The notes beneath the pieces are model-generated. The model worked only from the letters and a program-made list of their open reading frames with translations, made no database searches and was not told where the DNA came from. This document shows, piece after piece, positions 39,495 to 48,445 of a DNA stretch of 64,000 nucleotides. Position 1 is the stretch's first letter. Each line of letters opens with the position of its first letter. Both the position numbers and the translations under genes were made by a program. The stretch is from Alphaproteobacteria bacterium (lineage in GTDB: Bacteria > Pseudomonadota > Alphaproteobacteria > MPNO01 > UBA830): assembly GCA_965243135.1 (NCBI GenBank), contig OZ251539.1, positions 4,320,001 through 4,384,000 of the forward strand. Reading direction: 5' to 3'.

Positions 39495-42386
39495 ATGATG
39501 CTTAGGAAAAAAACCAATGGGGTTGCGGGACGCCCCCATCGGGCTTCGCACCGCGTTTCGGAGAAATCCGTCGACCGGCGGACCTTCCTCCGCGGCTCGG
39601 GCCTCGCCATCGGCGGGCTGGCCGCGGTCGGCGCCACCGGCGGCATGGTGACCCAGGCGAAGGCGGCGAAGGCCGTTCAGGGCGCGGTGAAGACCGTCAA
39701 GTCGGTCTGCACCCACTGCTCGGTCGGCTGCTCCGTGATCGCCGAAGTCAGCAACGGCGTCTGGGTCGGGCAGGAGCCCGGCTGGGACAGCCCCTTCAAC
39801 CTCGGCGCCCATTGCGCCAAGGGCGCGGCCGTGCGCGAGCACGCCCACGGCGAACGCCGCCTCAAGTACCCGATGAAGAAGGAAGGCGGCGAGTGGAAGC
39901 GGATCAGCTGGGATCAGGCGATCGACGAGATCGGCGACGGCATGATGAAGATCCGCAAGGAGAGCGGCCCCGACAGCGTCTACTGGCTCGGCTCCGCCAA
40001 GTACAGCAACGAGCAGGCCTACCTGTTCCGCAAGTTCGCCGCCTACTGGGGCACGAACAACGTGGACCATCAGGCGCGCATCTGCCACTCGACCACCGTT
40101 GCGGGCGTCGCGAACACATGGGGCTACGGCGCCATGACCAACTCGTACAACGACATCCACAACTCCCGCGCGATCTTCCTCATCGGCGGCAACCCCGCCG
40201 AGGCGCATCCGGTCTCGCTTCTGCACGTGCTGAAGGCGAAGGAGCAGAACAACGCGCCGCTGATCGTCTGCGACCCGCGCTTCACGCGGACCGCCGCGCA
40301 CGCCGACGAGTACGTGCGGTTCCGTCCGGGCTCGGACGTGGCGCTGATCTGGGGAATTCTCTGGCACATCTTCGAGAACGGGTGGGAGGACAAGGAGTTC
40401 ATCCGCACCCGCGTCTGGGGGATGGACCAGATCCGCACCGAGGTGGCCAAGTGGACTCCCGACGAGGTGGAGCGGGTGACCGGCACTCCCGGCTCGCAGC
40501 TTCGCCGCGTGGCGCGCACCCTCGCGAACAACCGTCCCGGCACCGTGATCTGGTGCATGGGCGGCACCCAGCACACCAACGGCAACAACAACACGCGGGC
40601 CTACTGCGTGCTGCAGCTGGCGCTGGGCAACATGGGCACGTCGGGCGGCGGCACCAACATCTTCCGCGGCCACGACAACGTCCAGGGCGCGACCGACCTC
40701 GGCGTCCTGTCGCACACCCTGCCGGGCTATTACGGCCTCTCGGGCGGCGCCTGGGCCCATTGGGCGCGGGTGTGGGGCGAGGACCTGGGCTGGCTCAAGG
40801 GACAGTTCGCCAAGCTCAAGACCGGCGACGGCAAGGAAAAGGCCCTGATGAATCTGAGGGGCATTCCGGTGTCCCGCTGGATCGACGGCGTCCTCGAGAA
40901 CAAGGACAACATGGACCAGCCGGACAACCTGCGGGCCATGGTTCTGTGGGGGCACGCGCCGAACTCGCAGACGCGCCTCAAGGAAATGAAGACCGCGATG
41001 GAGAAGCTGGACATGCTGGTCGTGATCGACCCGTATCCCACCGTCTCCGCCGTGCTTCACGACCGGACCGACGGCGTCTACCTGCTGCCGGCCTCGACCC
41101 AGTTCGAGACTTACGGCTCGGTCACCGCGTCGAACCGCTCGATCCAGTGGCGCGACAGGGTCGTCGAACCGTTGTTCGAGAGCCTGCCGGACCAGGTCAT
41201 CATGGCCAAGTTCGCCAAAAAGTTCGGATGGGCCGACCGCTTCTTCCGCAACATCAAGATGGAAGCGCCCGACACGCCGAACGTGGAAGACATCACCCGC
41301 GAGATCAACGCGGGCATGTGGACCATCGGCTACACCGGCCAGTCTCCGGAGCGGATCAAGCTGCACATGGCCAACCAGCACACGTTCGACAAGACGACGC
41401 TGCAGGCGGTGGGCGGCCCGGCCGACGGCGACTATTACGGGATGCCCTGGCCTTCGTGGGGTCCGCCGGAAATGGGTCACCCCGGCACGCCGAACCTCTA
41501 CGACATGTCCAAGCCCGTGGCGGAGGGCGGCCTGACCTTCCGCGCCAGATTCGGCGTGGAGCGCGACGGCCAGAACCTGCTGGCGGAAGGCGTCTACTCG
41601 GCCGGCTCGGAAATCCAGGACGGATATCCCGAGTTCACCATGCAGATGCTGATGGACCTCGGCTGGGACAAGGACCTGACGGACAAGGAACGGGCGGCGA
41701 TCGACGCCGTGGCCGGACCCAAGACCAACTGGAAGACCGACCTCTCGGGCGGCATCCAGCGGGTCGCGATCAAGCACGGCTGCGCGCCCTTCGGCAACGC
41801 CAAGGCGCGGGCGGTGGTGTGGACGTTCCCGGATCCGGTGCCGCTGCACCGCGAGCCGCTCTACGCGCCCAATCGCGATCTGGTCAAGGACTATCCGACC
41901 TATTCGGACCGGAAGCTCTACCGTCTGCCCACTCTCTACGCCTCGATCCAGAAGAAGGACTTCTCGAAGGATTATCCGATGATCCTGACGTCCGGACGCC
42001 TGGTCGAGTACGAGGGCGGCGGGGACGAATCCCGCTCGAACCCGTGGCTCGCCGAACTTCAGCAAGACATGTTCGTCGAGATCAATCCGCGCGACGCCAA
42101 CGATCTCGGCGTCCGCAACGGTTCGCAGGTCTGGGTCGAAGGCGCGGAGGGCGCCAAGGTCAAGGTCATGGCCATGGTCACCGAACGCGTCGGCGCCGGA
42201 GTCGCTTTCATGCCCTTCCATTTCGGCGGGCATTTCGAGGGCAAGGACCTGAGGGACAAGTACCCCGAGGGAGCCGATCCCTACGTGTTGGGCGAGAGTT
42301 CCAATACCGCCCAGACTTACGGCTACGACTCGGTCACCCTGATGCAGGAGACGAAGACGACTCTCTGCAAGATCTACACGGCCTAG
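39495..42386 (+). CDS. fdhA: Formate dehydrogenase subunit alpha (Mo/W-bisPGD, Tat-exported)
   Basis: DRRTFLR Tat signal, CTHCSVGC..CAKG Fe-S motif, ARICHS (Cys ligand), RGHDNVQG, PLHREP. Confidence 0.95.
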   Translation: MMLRKKTNGVAGRPHRASHRVSEKSVDRRTFLRGSGLAIGGLAAVGATGGMVTQAKAAKAVQGAVKTVKSVCTHCSVGCSVIAEVSNGVWVGQEPGWDSPFNLGAHCAKGAAVREHAHGERRLKYPMKKEGGEWKRISWDQAIDEIGDGMMKIRKESGPDSVYWLGSAKYSNEQAYLFRKFAAYWGTNNVDHQARICHSTTVAGVANTWGYGAMTNSYNDIHNSRAIFLIGGNPAEAHPVSLLHVLKAKEQNNAPLIVCDPRFTRTAAHADEYVRFRPGSDVALIWGILWHIFENGWEDKEFIRTRVWGMDQIRTEVAKWTPDEVERVTGTPGSQLRRVARTLANNRPGTVIWCMGGTQHTNGNNNTRAYCVLQLALGNMGTSGGGTNIFRGHDNVQGATDLGVLSHTLPGYYGLSGGAWAHWARVWGEDLGWLKGQFAKLKTGDGKEKALMNLRGIPVSRWIDGVLENKDNMDQPDNLRAMVLWGHAPNSQTRLKEMKTAMEKLDMLVVIDPYPTVSAVLHDRTDGVYLLPASTQFETYGSVTASNRSIQWRDRVVEPLFESLPDQVIMAKFAKKFGWADRFFRNIKMEAPDTPNVEDITREINAGMWTIGYTGQSPERIKLHMANQHTFDKTTLQAVGGPADGDYYGMPWPSWGPPEMGHPGTPNLYDMSKPVAEGGLTFRARFGVERDGQNLLAEGVYSAGSEIQDGYPEFTMQMLMDLGWDKDLTDKERAAIDAVAGPKTNWKTDLSGGIQRVAIKHGCAPFGNAKARAVVWTFPDPVPLHREPLYAPNRDLVKDYPTYSDRKLYRLPTLYASIQKKDFSKDYPMILTSGRLVEYEGGGDESRSNPWLAELQQDMFVEINPRDANDLGVRNGSQVWVEGAEGAKVKVMAMVTERVGAGVAFMPFHFGGHFEGKDLRDKYPEGADPYVLGESSNTAQTYGYDSVTLMQETKTTLCKIYTA

Positions 42387-42399
42387 GGAGGAAACGGAG

Positions 42400-42993
42400 A
42401 TGGCGAGAGCTAAGTTTCTCTGCGACGCCGAGCGCTGCATCGAGTGCAACGCCTGCGTCACCGCCTGCAAGAACGAGCACGAAGTGCCGTGGGGCATCAA
42501 CCGGCGGAGGGTCGTGACGATCAACGACGGCTCGCCCGGCGAGCGCTCGATCTCGGTCGCGTGCATGCACTGTTCGGACGCGCCCTGCATGGCCGTCTGC
42601 CCGGTGGACTGCTTCTACCAGACCGACGACGGCGTGGTCCTGCACTCCAAGGACCTCTGCATCGGCTGCGGCTATTGCTTCTACGCGTGCCCCTTCGGCG
42701 CGCCGCAATTCCCGCAGGCGGGCAACTTCGGATCGCGCGGCAAGATGGACAAGTGCACCTTCTGCGCCGGCGGCCCGGAGGAGACGCACTCCACCGCCGA
42801 GTTCGCCAAGTACGGGCGCAACCGGATCGCGGAAGGCAAGCTGCCGATCTGCGCCGAGATGTGCTCGACGAAGGCGCTGCTGGCGGGCGACGGCGACGTC
42901 GTCGCGGGCATCTATCGCGAGCGCGTCGTGGCCCGCGGCTTCGGTTCGGGAGCCTGGGGCTGGGGCACGGCCTACGACCAGAAGGGCGGTTGA
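42400..42993 (+). CDS. fdh3B: Formate dehydrogenase subunit beta (Fe-S)
   Basis: CIECNACVTAC, CMHCSDAPC..CP, CIGCGYCFYACP, KCTFC. Confidence 0.93.
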   Translation: MARAKFLCDAERCIECNACVTACKNEHEVPWGINRRRVVTINDGSPGERSISVACMHCSDAPCMAVCPVDCFYQTDDGVVLHSKDLCIGCGYCFYACPFGAPQFPQAGNFGSRGKMDKCTFCAGGPEETHSTAEFAKYGRNRIAEGKLPICAEMCSTKALLAGDGDVVAGIYRERVVARGFGSGAWGWGTAYDQKGG

Positions 42994-43000
42994 GCCTTTC

Positions 43001-43032
43001 GGGCAGGGGGAAACGTCCCCCTGCCCTTTTTT
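43001..43032 (+). terminator. Intrinsic terminator-like hairpin between FDH beta and gamma
   Basis: Perfect 10-bp stem GGGCAGGGGG/CCCCCTGCCC, loop AAACGT, then TTTTTT. Confidence 0.75.
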
Positions 43033-43066
43033 CCCGCGATGCCGGTCGATCCCGAGAGGACTTCCG

Positions 43067-44266
43067 ATGAAGATCTTGCGTGCGCTTCTGATTCTGGCGC
43101 TGTCCTTGTCGTGGCCCGGTTTCGCCGCGGCGCAGGAGAGCGGCGAACGCGCCGCGACGGGCGGCGCGCAAACTCTCGAAGACATCCTCGCCCGCCAGCG
43201 CGGCGAGCAAATCGACGACGCCTTTCGCCGGAACGCCACCGGCGACCCCGATTCCGCCGCCGGAATCGCGGCGCAGCTCGGCACGCTGGGCGGCGCCTCT
43301 GACGCCGACGTATTCCGCGCGCTGCGCTACGGCAGCGCGGACGTCGCGGTCTCGGCGCGAGGCCCGGCCGCCTCGGTCGTGATCCAGGACGGCGGCATGC
43401 GCTGGCTGAAGTGGCGGGACGGACCGCTTCGCGACTACGGCGGATACCTCCTGCTGGCGACGATCGCGGCGCTGGCGCTGTTTTTCGGACTGCGCGGACG
43501 CATCCGCGTCGAAGGCCAAAAGACGGGCCAGACCATCCTGCGCTTCAACGCGCTCGAACGCTTCGGCCACTGGCTGCTGGCCGGCTCCTTCATCCTGCTC
43601 GGGATCACCGGGCTGATCACCCTGTTCGGAAGGGTCGCGCTGATCCCGCTGTTCGGCAAGGACGGCTTCGCGGTCGTGGCGCTGGCCTCCAAATGGGTGC
43701 ACAACAACGTCGCATGGGCCTTCATGCTGGCGCTGGTCTGGGTTTTCGCGACATGGATCGCGCACAACTTCCCGACCCGCGCCGATCTGGTCTGGCTCGC
43801 CCGCGGCGGCGGGCTGTTTTCCAGGCACAGCCATCCTCCCGCGCGGAAATTCAACGCGGGGCAGAAGATCGTCTTCTGGGCCGTCATTCTGCTCGGGATC
43901 TCGATCTCCGCTTCGGGGCTGTCGCTGCTGTTCCCGTTCGAACTGCCGATGTTCGCGAAGACCTTCGAAATTCTGAACGCGCTCGGCCTGCCGCAGGCAT
44001 TCGGCTTCGGCGAACTGCGCACGGCGCTGCAGCCTCACGAAGAAATGCAGTACGCCCAGCTTTGGCATTCCATCGTCGCCTTCGTCTTCATGGCGATCAT
44101 CCTCGCTCACATCTACATCGGCTCGGTCGGAATGGAGGGCTCGTTCGACGCGATGGAATCGGGCGAGGTCGAAAAGCAGTGGGCGAAGGAGCACCACTCG
44201 ATCTGGTACGAAGAGGCGACCGGAGAAGCGCCGGCCGATCACGCCCCGCGCGCGCCGGCGGAGTGA
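43067..44266 (+). CDS. Formate dehydrogenase subunit gamma (cytochrome b) with an N-terminal extension
   Basis: ERFGHW, KWVHN, KFNAGQK, LAHIYIG, WAKEHH heme-b motifs. Confidence 0.92.
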   Translation: MKILRALLILALSLSWPGFAAAQESGERAATGGAQTLEDILARQRGEQIDDAFRRNATGDPDSAAGIAAQLGTLGGASDADVFRALRYGSADVAVSARGPAASVVIQDGGMRWLKWRDGPLRDYGGYLLLATIAALALFFGLRGRIRVEGQKTGQTILRFNALERFGHWLLAGSFILLGITGLITLFGRVALIPLFGKDGFAVVALASKWVHNNVAWAFMLALVWVFATWIAHNFPTRADLVWLARGGGLFSRHSHPPARKFNAGQKIVFWAVILLGISISASGLSLLFPFELPMFAKTFEILNALGLPQAFGFGELRTALQPHEEMQYAQLWHSIVAFVFMAIILAHIYIGSVGMEGSFDAMESGEVEKQWAKEHHSIWYEEATGEAPADHAPRAPAE

Positions 44267-44267
44267 G

Positions 44268-45566
44268 ATGACGCGGCGCCTGGCGTCCGTCGCGGCCCTG
44301 CTTCTGTTCCCCTCTCTCGCCGCCGCGGACGGTTTCTTCACGCTCGAGGGCCATGGCGGCCCGGTTCGGGGAATCGACGTTTCCGGCGACCGCATTCTGA
44401 CGGCGAGTTTCGACAACTCGGCCGGGCTCTGGCGAAACGGAGCGCCGGTCTGGCTCGAAGCGCATCGAGCCGCGGTCAACGCCGTTCGCTTCGTGGACGA
44501 CGACCGCGCGGTCACCGGGGGAGACGATTTCGACATCCATCTCTGGAATCTTTCCGACGGAACGGCGCGGCGCCTCGGAAGCCATCAGAACCGCGTGGTC
44601 GCGCTCGCCGTCTCGCCCGACGGGCGGACGGTCGCGTCGGCGGGATGGGACGGCGCGATCGGGTTGTGGACTCTCGACGGCCGCCCGGGCCGGCTGCTGA
44701 GAGGGCACGGCTCGAGCGTGAACGACGTCGCCTTTTCCTCGGACGGCAGCCGCCTCTATTCCGCGTCGGCTGACGGGACGATCCGGTTTTGGGATCCATC
44801 CAGCGGCGCGGAAACGCGCGTCCTCGTGAAAGGAGGATTGGGGATCAACGCGATCGTCCCGAACGACGAGGGAGGCTGGCTGGCTTACGGATCCACCGAC
44901 GGCGCCGTTCGCGTCGTGGCGCTTTCGAGCGGCCGGAGAATCGCGGGTTTCGCCCCCTCGCGGCGGCCCGTTCTCGCTCTGGCGGCCGACGCCGGGTTCG
45001 GCGCTCTGGCGGCGGGGGACGGCGACGGCTTCGTCAAGATCATCGACTGCGCGAACTGGTCGGTCATCCGCAGTTTCCGGGCGGCGGCGCGTGGACCGGT
45101 CTGGGCGCTGCGGTTTTCCGCGGACGGAAAGAACATCCACGCCGGCGGGCTGGACGACGCCATGTACAGCTGGCCGACGGCGACTCTCGGCGAGCACCGG
45201 CGGATGACCGTGGCCACGCGGTCGTTTCTGCGCGACCCCGCGAGCATGAGCAACGGCGAGCGGCAGTTTCAGCGCAAGTGTTCCGTCTGCCACGAGCTGA
45301 GCGCCGACGGGCGCCGGCGGGCGGGCCCGACCCTGCTCGGGCTTTTCGGCCGGCCGGCCGGCAGTCTGGCGGACTACCGCTATTCCCGGACGCTCCGCGA
45401 TTCCTCCATCGTCTGGAACGACGACACCATCAACGCGCTGTTCGATCTCGGTCCCGACCGCTATATTCCCGGCTCCAAGATGCCGATGCAGCGGATCGTG
45501 GATCCCGCGGACAGGGACGACCTGATTTCGTTCCTGAGGCGCGCAACGACAGGAGATGACCGATGA
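44268..45566 (+). CDS. WD40-repeat / c-type cytochrome fusion protein
   Basis: Signal peptide, GH..WD repeats (SAGWDGAIGLW, SASADGTIRFWD), then CSVCH..GPTL..PGSKMP cytochrome c2-like domain. Confidence 0.88.
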   Translation: MTRRLASVAALLLFPSLAAADGFFTLEGHGGPVRGIDVSGDRILTASFDNSAGLWRNGAPVWLEAHRAAVNAVRFVDDDRAVTGGDDFDIHLWNLSDGTARRLGSHQNRVVALAVSPDGRTVASAGWDGAIGLWTLDGRPGRLLRGHGSSVNDVAFSSDGSRLYSASADGTIRFWDPSSGAETRVLVKGGLGINAIVPNDEGGWLAYGSTDGAVRVVALSSGRRIAGFAPSRRPVLALAADAGFGALAAGDGDGFVKIIDCANWSVIRSFRAAARGPVWALRFSADGKNIHAGGLDDAMYSWPTATLGEHRRMTVATRSFLRDPASMSNGERQFQRKCSVCHELSADGRRRAGPTLLGLFGRPAGSLADYRYSRTLRDSSIVWNDDTINALFDLGPDRYIPGSKMPMQRIVDPADRDDLISFLRRATTGDDR

Positions 45567-45688
45567 AGACCATGCTGCTCGCCTTCCTCGCCATGTTCGT
45601 GATCGCCGTGGTCGCCGACGTCGCATTCGACCTGATCGGCTTCTCGACTCAGGACGCAACGTCGGGAGCGGCGGTGCGGACTCGCTGA
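45563..45688 (+). CDS. Small single-TM protein (41 aa) ending the FDH operon
   Basis: RBS AGGAGA, ATGA overlap, MKTMLLAFLAMFVIAVVADVAFDLIGFSTQDATSGAAVRTR; not in the ORF track. Confidence 0.7.
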   Translation: MKTMLLAFLAMFVIAVVADVAFDLIGFSTQDATSGAAVRTR

Positions 45689-45921
45689 CGAACGGCGCGA
45701 CGGTTTCTCTTGCGCGCGCCCTGTCGCCTGAACGAACGTGGACAGCAGACAAGATTTGCGCTTGTCGCGAGCGGCCAATGGCAACGTGAGCCAAGGCCAG
45801 ACACCTCGAAAATTTCGGCTTGCGGACGATCGGGGGCGGAAGACGGCGAGAAGCGTCGCGATCCCGCAAAACCCGGCTGCCGAAGCCTGAGGCAACGTGA
45901 AATGCAGCGGGACACGAAACG

Positions 45922-46167
45922 ATGACTGGACTGAAGAAGAAAATTGCCGCCTACGAAACCATGCGCAGCGACCTCGAGGCAGAGCACCTTGGCGAATGGG
46001 CTGTCGTACACGACGAAAAACTTGTCGGAACCTATGAATCTCTCCAGTCAGCGGCGGAAACAGCCGTGGAACGGTTTGGCAGGGGGCCATACCTGATCAG
46101 ACGCATCGGCGCGGCTCCGCTGACGTTGCCGCCCTCCGTTCCGTATCGACCGTCGGTCGATGTTTGA
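45922..46167 (+). CDS. Small hypothetical protein (DUF5678-like)
   Basis: AAYE..LEAEHLGEWAVVHDEKLVGTYE..AVERFGRGPYLIR pattern. Confidence 0.65.
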   Translation: MTGLKKKIAAYETMRSDLEAEHLGEWAVVHDEKLVGTYESLQSAAETAVERFGRGPYLIRRIGAAPLTLPPSVPYRPSVDV

Positions 46168-46235
46168 TTGCGGGTTCGCCGACAAGCCGGAGGCTCCTGG
46201 CAGGTATACTTCACTCGCAACCTGCAGGAAGAAGC

Positions 46236-47051
46236 ATGAAGACTCCAAAGCTCCTGAGCCCCGCACCGGTGACCGAGGTGCACTTGCCCCGGGCACCCCT
46301 TGCCCGGGTCATCGCCGAGGTACGGTTTCCTCCTATCCATGCAATCCGCAGCCCGGACGGAGCGGACAGATTCCAGAAAGCGCTTCGCGATCCCTATCTG
46401 AACCAGATTTCGCGGACCGAACTCGAGGCGGAGCAAACCCCGAACAGTCGCGAGGAGCGCGTCTGGCGCCTTGCCGATCAGGAACGCGCCTCTCCGTGGC
46501 GGGTCTCTCTGGGGGTGGAGTTCGTCGCCCTTGAAACCTCCAGCTACGAAAACCACCAGCATTTTCTCGATCGCCTGCATGCCGTTGTCGGTGCGGTCGA
46601 AGAGAGTTTCGGACCGGCGAATGTCCAGCGTCTTGGGCTGAGATACGTCGCCCGGATGACCGGTGACGCAGTGGAGCGTATCCACGATCTGCTTCAACCC
46701 GAGGTTCTCGGCATAGCGCACGCTGGAGAGACTAGCGGAAACGGAGCTTCCGGTCTCGGAAATTCAGCGCATCATCTGATGACCGAAGCTCGATTCCTCG
46801 TAGAGAACGGACATCGCGTTCTGGGGCGCTGGGGCCGGCTGCGCGATAATGCGACCTACGACCCCGAGGTGCTTGAACCCCTCGAAATTCCAAGCTGGGT
46901 GCTCGACCTGAGCATGTTCACATCCGAGGCGTTTCCCTTTTCTGGCGCGCACACGTCGACGAAAGCGCGCGAATTCGCCGATTCTCTCTATTGGCTTTTT
47001 CGCCAGATGGTTACGGATGAATTCCTGAAATTCTACGGAGGGAACCCATGA
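46236..47051 (+). CDS. TIGR04255 family protein
   Basis: LPRAPLARVIAEVRF, LETSSY..F, RLGLRYV, WVLDLSMF, F..MVTDEFL..YGG. Confidence 0.8.
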   Translation: MKTPKLLSPAPVTEVHLPRAPLARVIAEVRFPPIHAIRSPDGADRFQKALRDPYLNQISRTELEAEQTPNSREERVWRLADQERASPWRVSLGVEFVALETSSYENHQHFLDRLHAVVGAVEESFGPANVQRLGLRYVARMTGDAVERIHDLLQPEVLGIAHAGETSGNGASGLGNSAHHLMTEARFLVENGHRVLGRWGRLRDNATYDPEVLEPLEIPSWVLDLSMFTSEAFPFSGAHTSTKAREFADSLYWLFRQMVTDEFLKFYGGNP

Positions 47052-47782
47052 CCGCGCAGATTATGTACGACAATCTGCAGACTTCCGCGTACGGCCCCAT
47101 GCACAGTGCCGAAGCCGATCTCAAGGTCGCCCCTCTCCGGTTGGTGTCGGAGACGAGCAGCGGTTACGAAATTTCGCGAGCGGTGGAACGAACAAGCGCC
47201 GATCCGGTCGAACAGATCGAAATCACGGCCCCCATTTCGCAAATCGTTCTGGAGATCAGACGCCGCTCCGGACTGACGTGGGACGAGCTCGGCGGTCTGT
47301 TCGGCGTCTCCCGCCGGAGCGTCCATTATTGGGCGAACGGCAAGCCTGTATCCGCCGACCGCGAGCTGATGCTTCACCGATGCCTTGCCGTCGTCCGGCA
47401 TCTCGACCCCGGCGAACAAAACATCACGCGTTCCCGATTATTCGCTGTAGAGAGCGCTGCAACCTCTTCGATTTTCGATCTGTTGAAAAACGGTTTTTTC
47501 GCGGAAGCAACGACGCGCGCGGAGGACGCTTCGCTATCTGAACGTCGCCCTCTCTCGAAACCACGGCGACCTCCCGCTCCGCGATTCCTCCTTGAGGCCG
47601 AACAGGAACGACCGGACTTTCCGTCGAAAGGCCGTATCGCGCGGGCGATCCGGATCTCCGAAACGGCAGAGCCCTTGATCGACGTCGAAGGCCGACAGCA
47701 GCGCATCGTCCGCGACCATGCGCGCCAGGGTCGCGACAGAAAGTCGACGAGGAAGGTCGGCGTCCCGGTCTCGAACCAGTAG
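47048..47782 (+). CDS. XRE-type helix-turn-helix protein (C-terminus probably reads into unrelated DNA)
   Basis: EIRRRSGLTWDELGGLFGVSRRSVHYWANG HTH; ATGA overlap with TIGR04255; the last ~35 codons are antisense to an AAA-ATPase relic. Confidence 0.75.
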   Translation: MTAQIMYDNLQTSAYGPMHSAEADLKVAPLRLVSETSSGYEISRAVERTSADPVEQIEITAPISQIVLEIRRRSGLTWDELGGLFGVSRRSVHYWANGKPVSADRELMLHRCLAVVRHLDPGEQNITRSRLFAVESAATSSIFDLLKNGFFAEATTRAEDASLSERRPLSKPRRPPAPRFLLEAEQERPDFPSKGRIARAIRISETAEPLIDVEGRQQRIVRDHARQGRDRKSTRKVGVPVSNQ

Positions 47783-48110
47783 TTGTCGAACAGCAACAGG
47801 ATGTCGAACGGACCCTCTCCGGACCGAACCAGCCGTAGCCGTCAGCGCCGGATCTCCTCGCGGTCCAAGCCCTTGAGTTCCGGGGCGAAGACCTTTCCAA
47901 GTCATTGTCCGCGTAGCCGCAGACGTCGCCATAGCGCTCGTCCGGCGCGATGCAGCGCAGGTTGTTCCGGCCCGAGAAGAGGTCAACCTTCGAGAACCTG
48001 CTCTCCCCTGTCAGGAAAACGAAACGGAGATGTCTGTCGCAGTCCGTCTGGAACAGCGTCGGCTGATCCCAAGCGCTCCCGAAAGTTCGGCACCCTCGAT
48101 CGATCTCGCA
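47680..48110 (-). pseudogene. AAA-ATPase-like / PD-(D/E)XK nuclease family relic
   Basis: Fragments LRFVFLTGESRFSKVDLFSGRNNL..VCGY, GLDREEIRR* and FDILLLFDNYWFETGTPTFL with frameshifts and a stop. Confidence 0.78.
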
Positions 48111-48445
48111 TCAGGGGGGGCCATCCCAGTTTTTTTGCCGGACGGCGGCGTGACCGGCGCGGAGAGGCGGGCGGTGACGTCCGTTGGTTAACGCGCTTCG
48201 CGAAACCGGTGGACGCCGCCACGCTTGGCTCAACCTGTCGGCACTAAAACTGCCGCGAGCCGGAGAGACCTGCGCGCGTCGCCCGCCGAGACGCACCGCA
48301 GACGCCGAAACGGCGGGAAATGCGAGGAGCCTTCCAGACGGTCGCGGCGCGACGGGACCGTCCCGCTTCCCGACCGGAAAATCTTGACTTCCGGCTTGGA
48401 CAGTTGTTTGAATCGGTCGATAAATTCAAGGCTTGGGAGAAAATC

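Noticed and set aside
39495-42386. Selenocysteine recoding in FDH alpha
   Set aside because: The ligand codon is TGC (ARICHS) and there is no in-frame TGA.
39381-42590. 1069-aa minus-strand ORF and similar long antisense ORFs throughout the window
   Set aside because: Antisense to well-supported genes; expected from high GC3 codon bias; no motifs.
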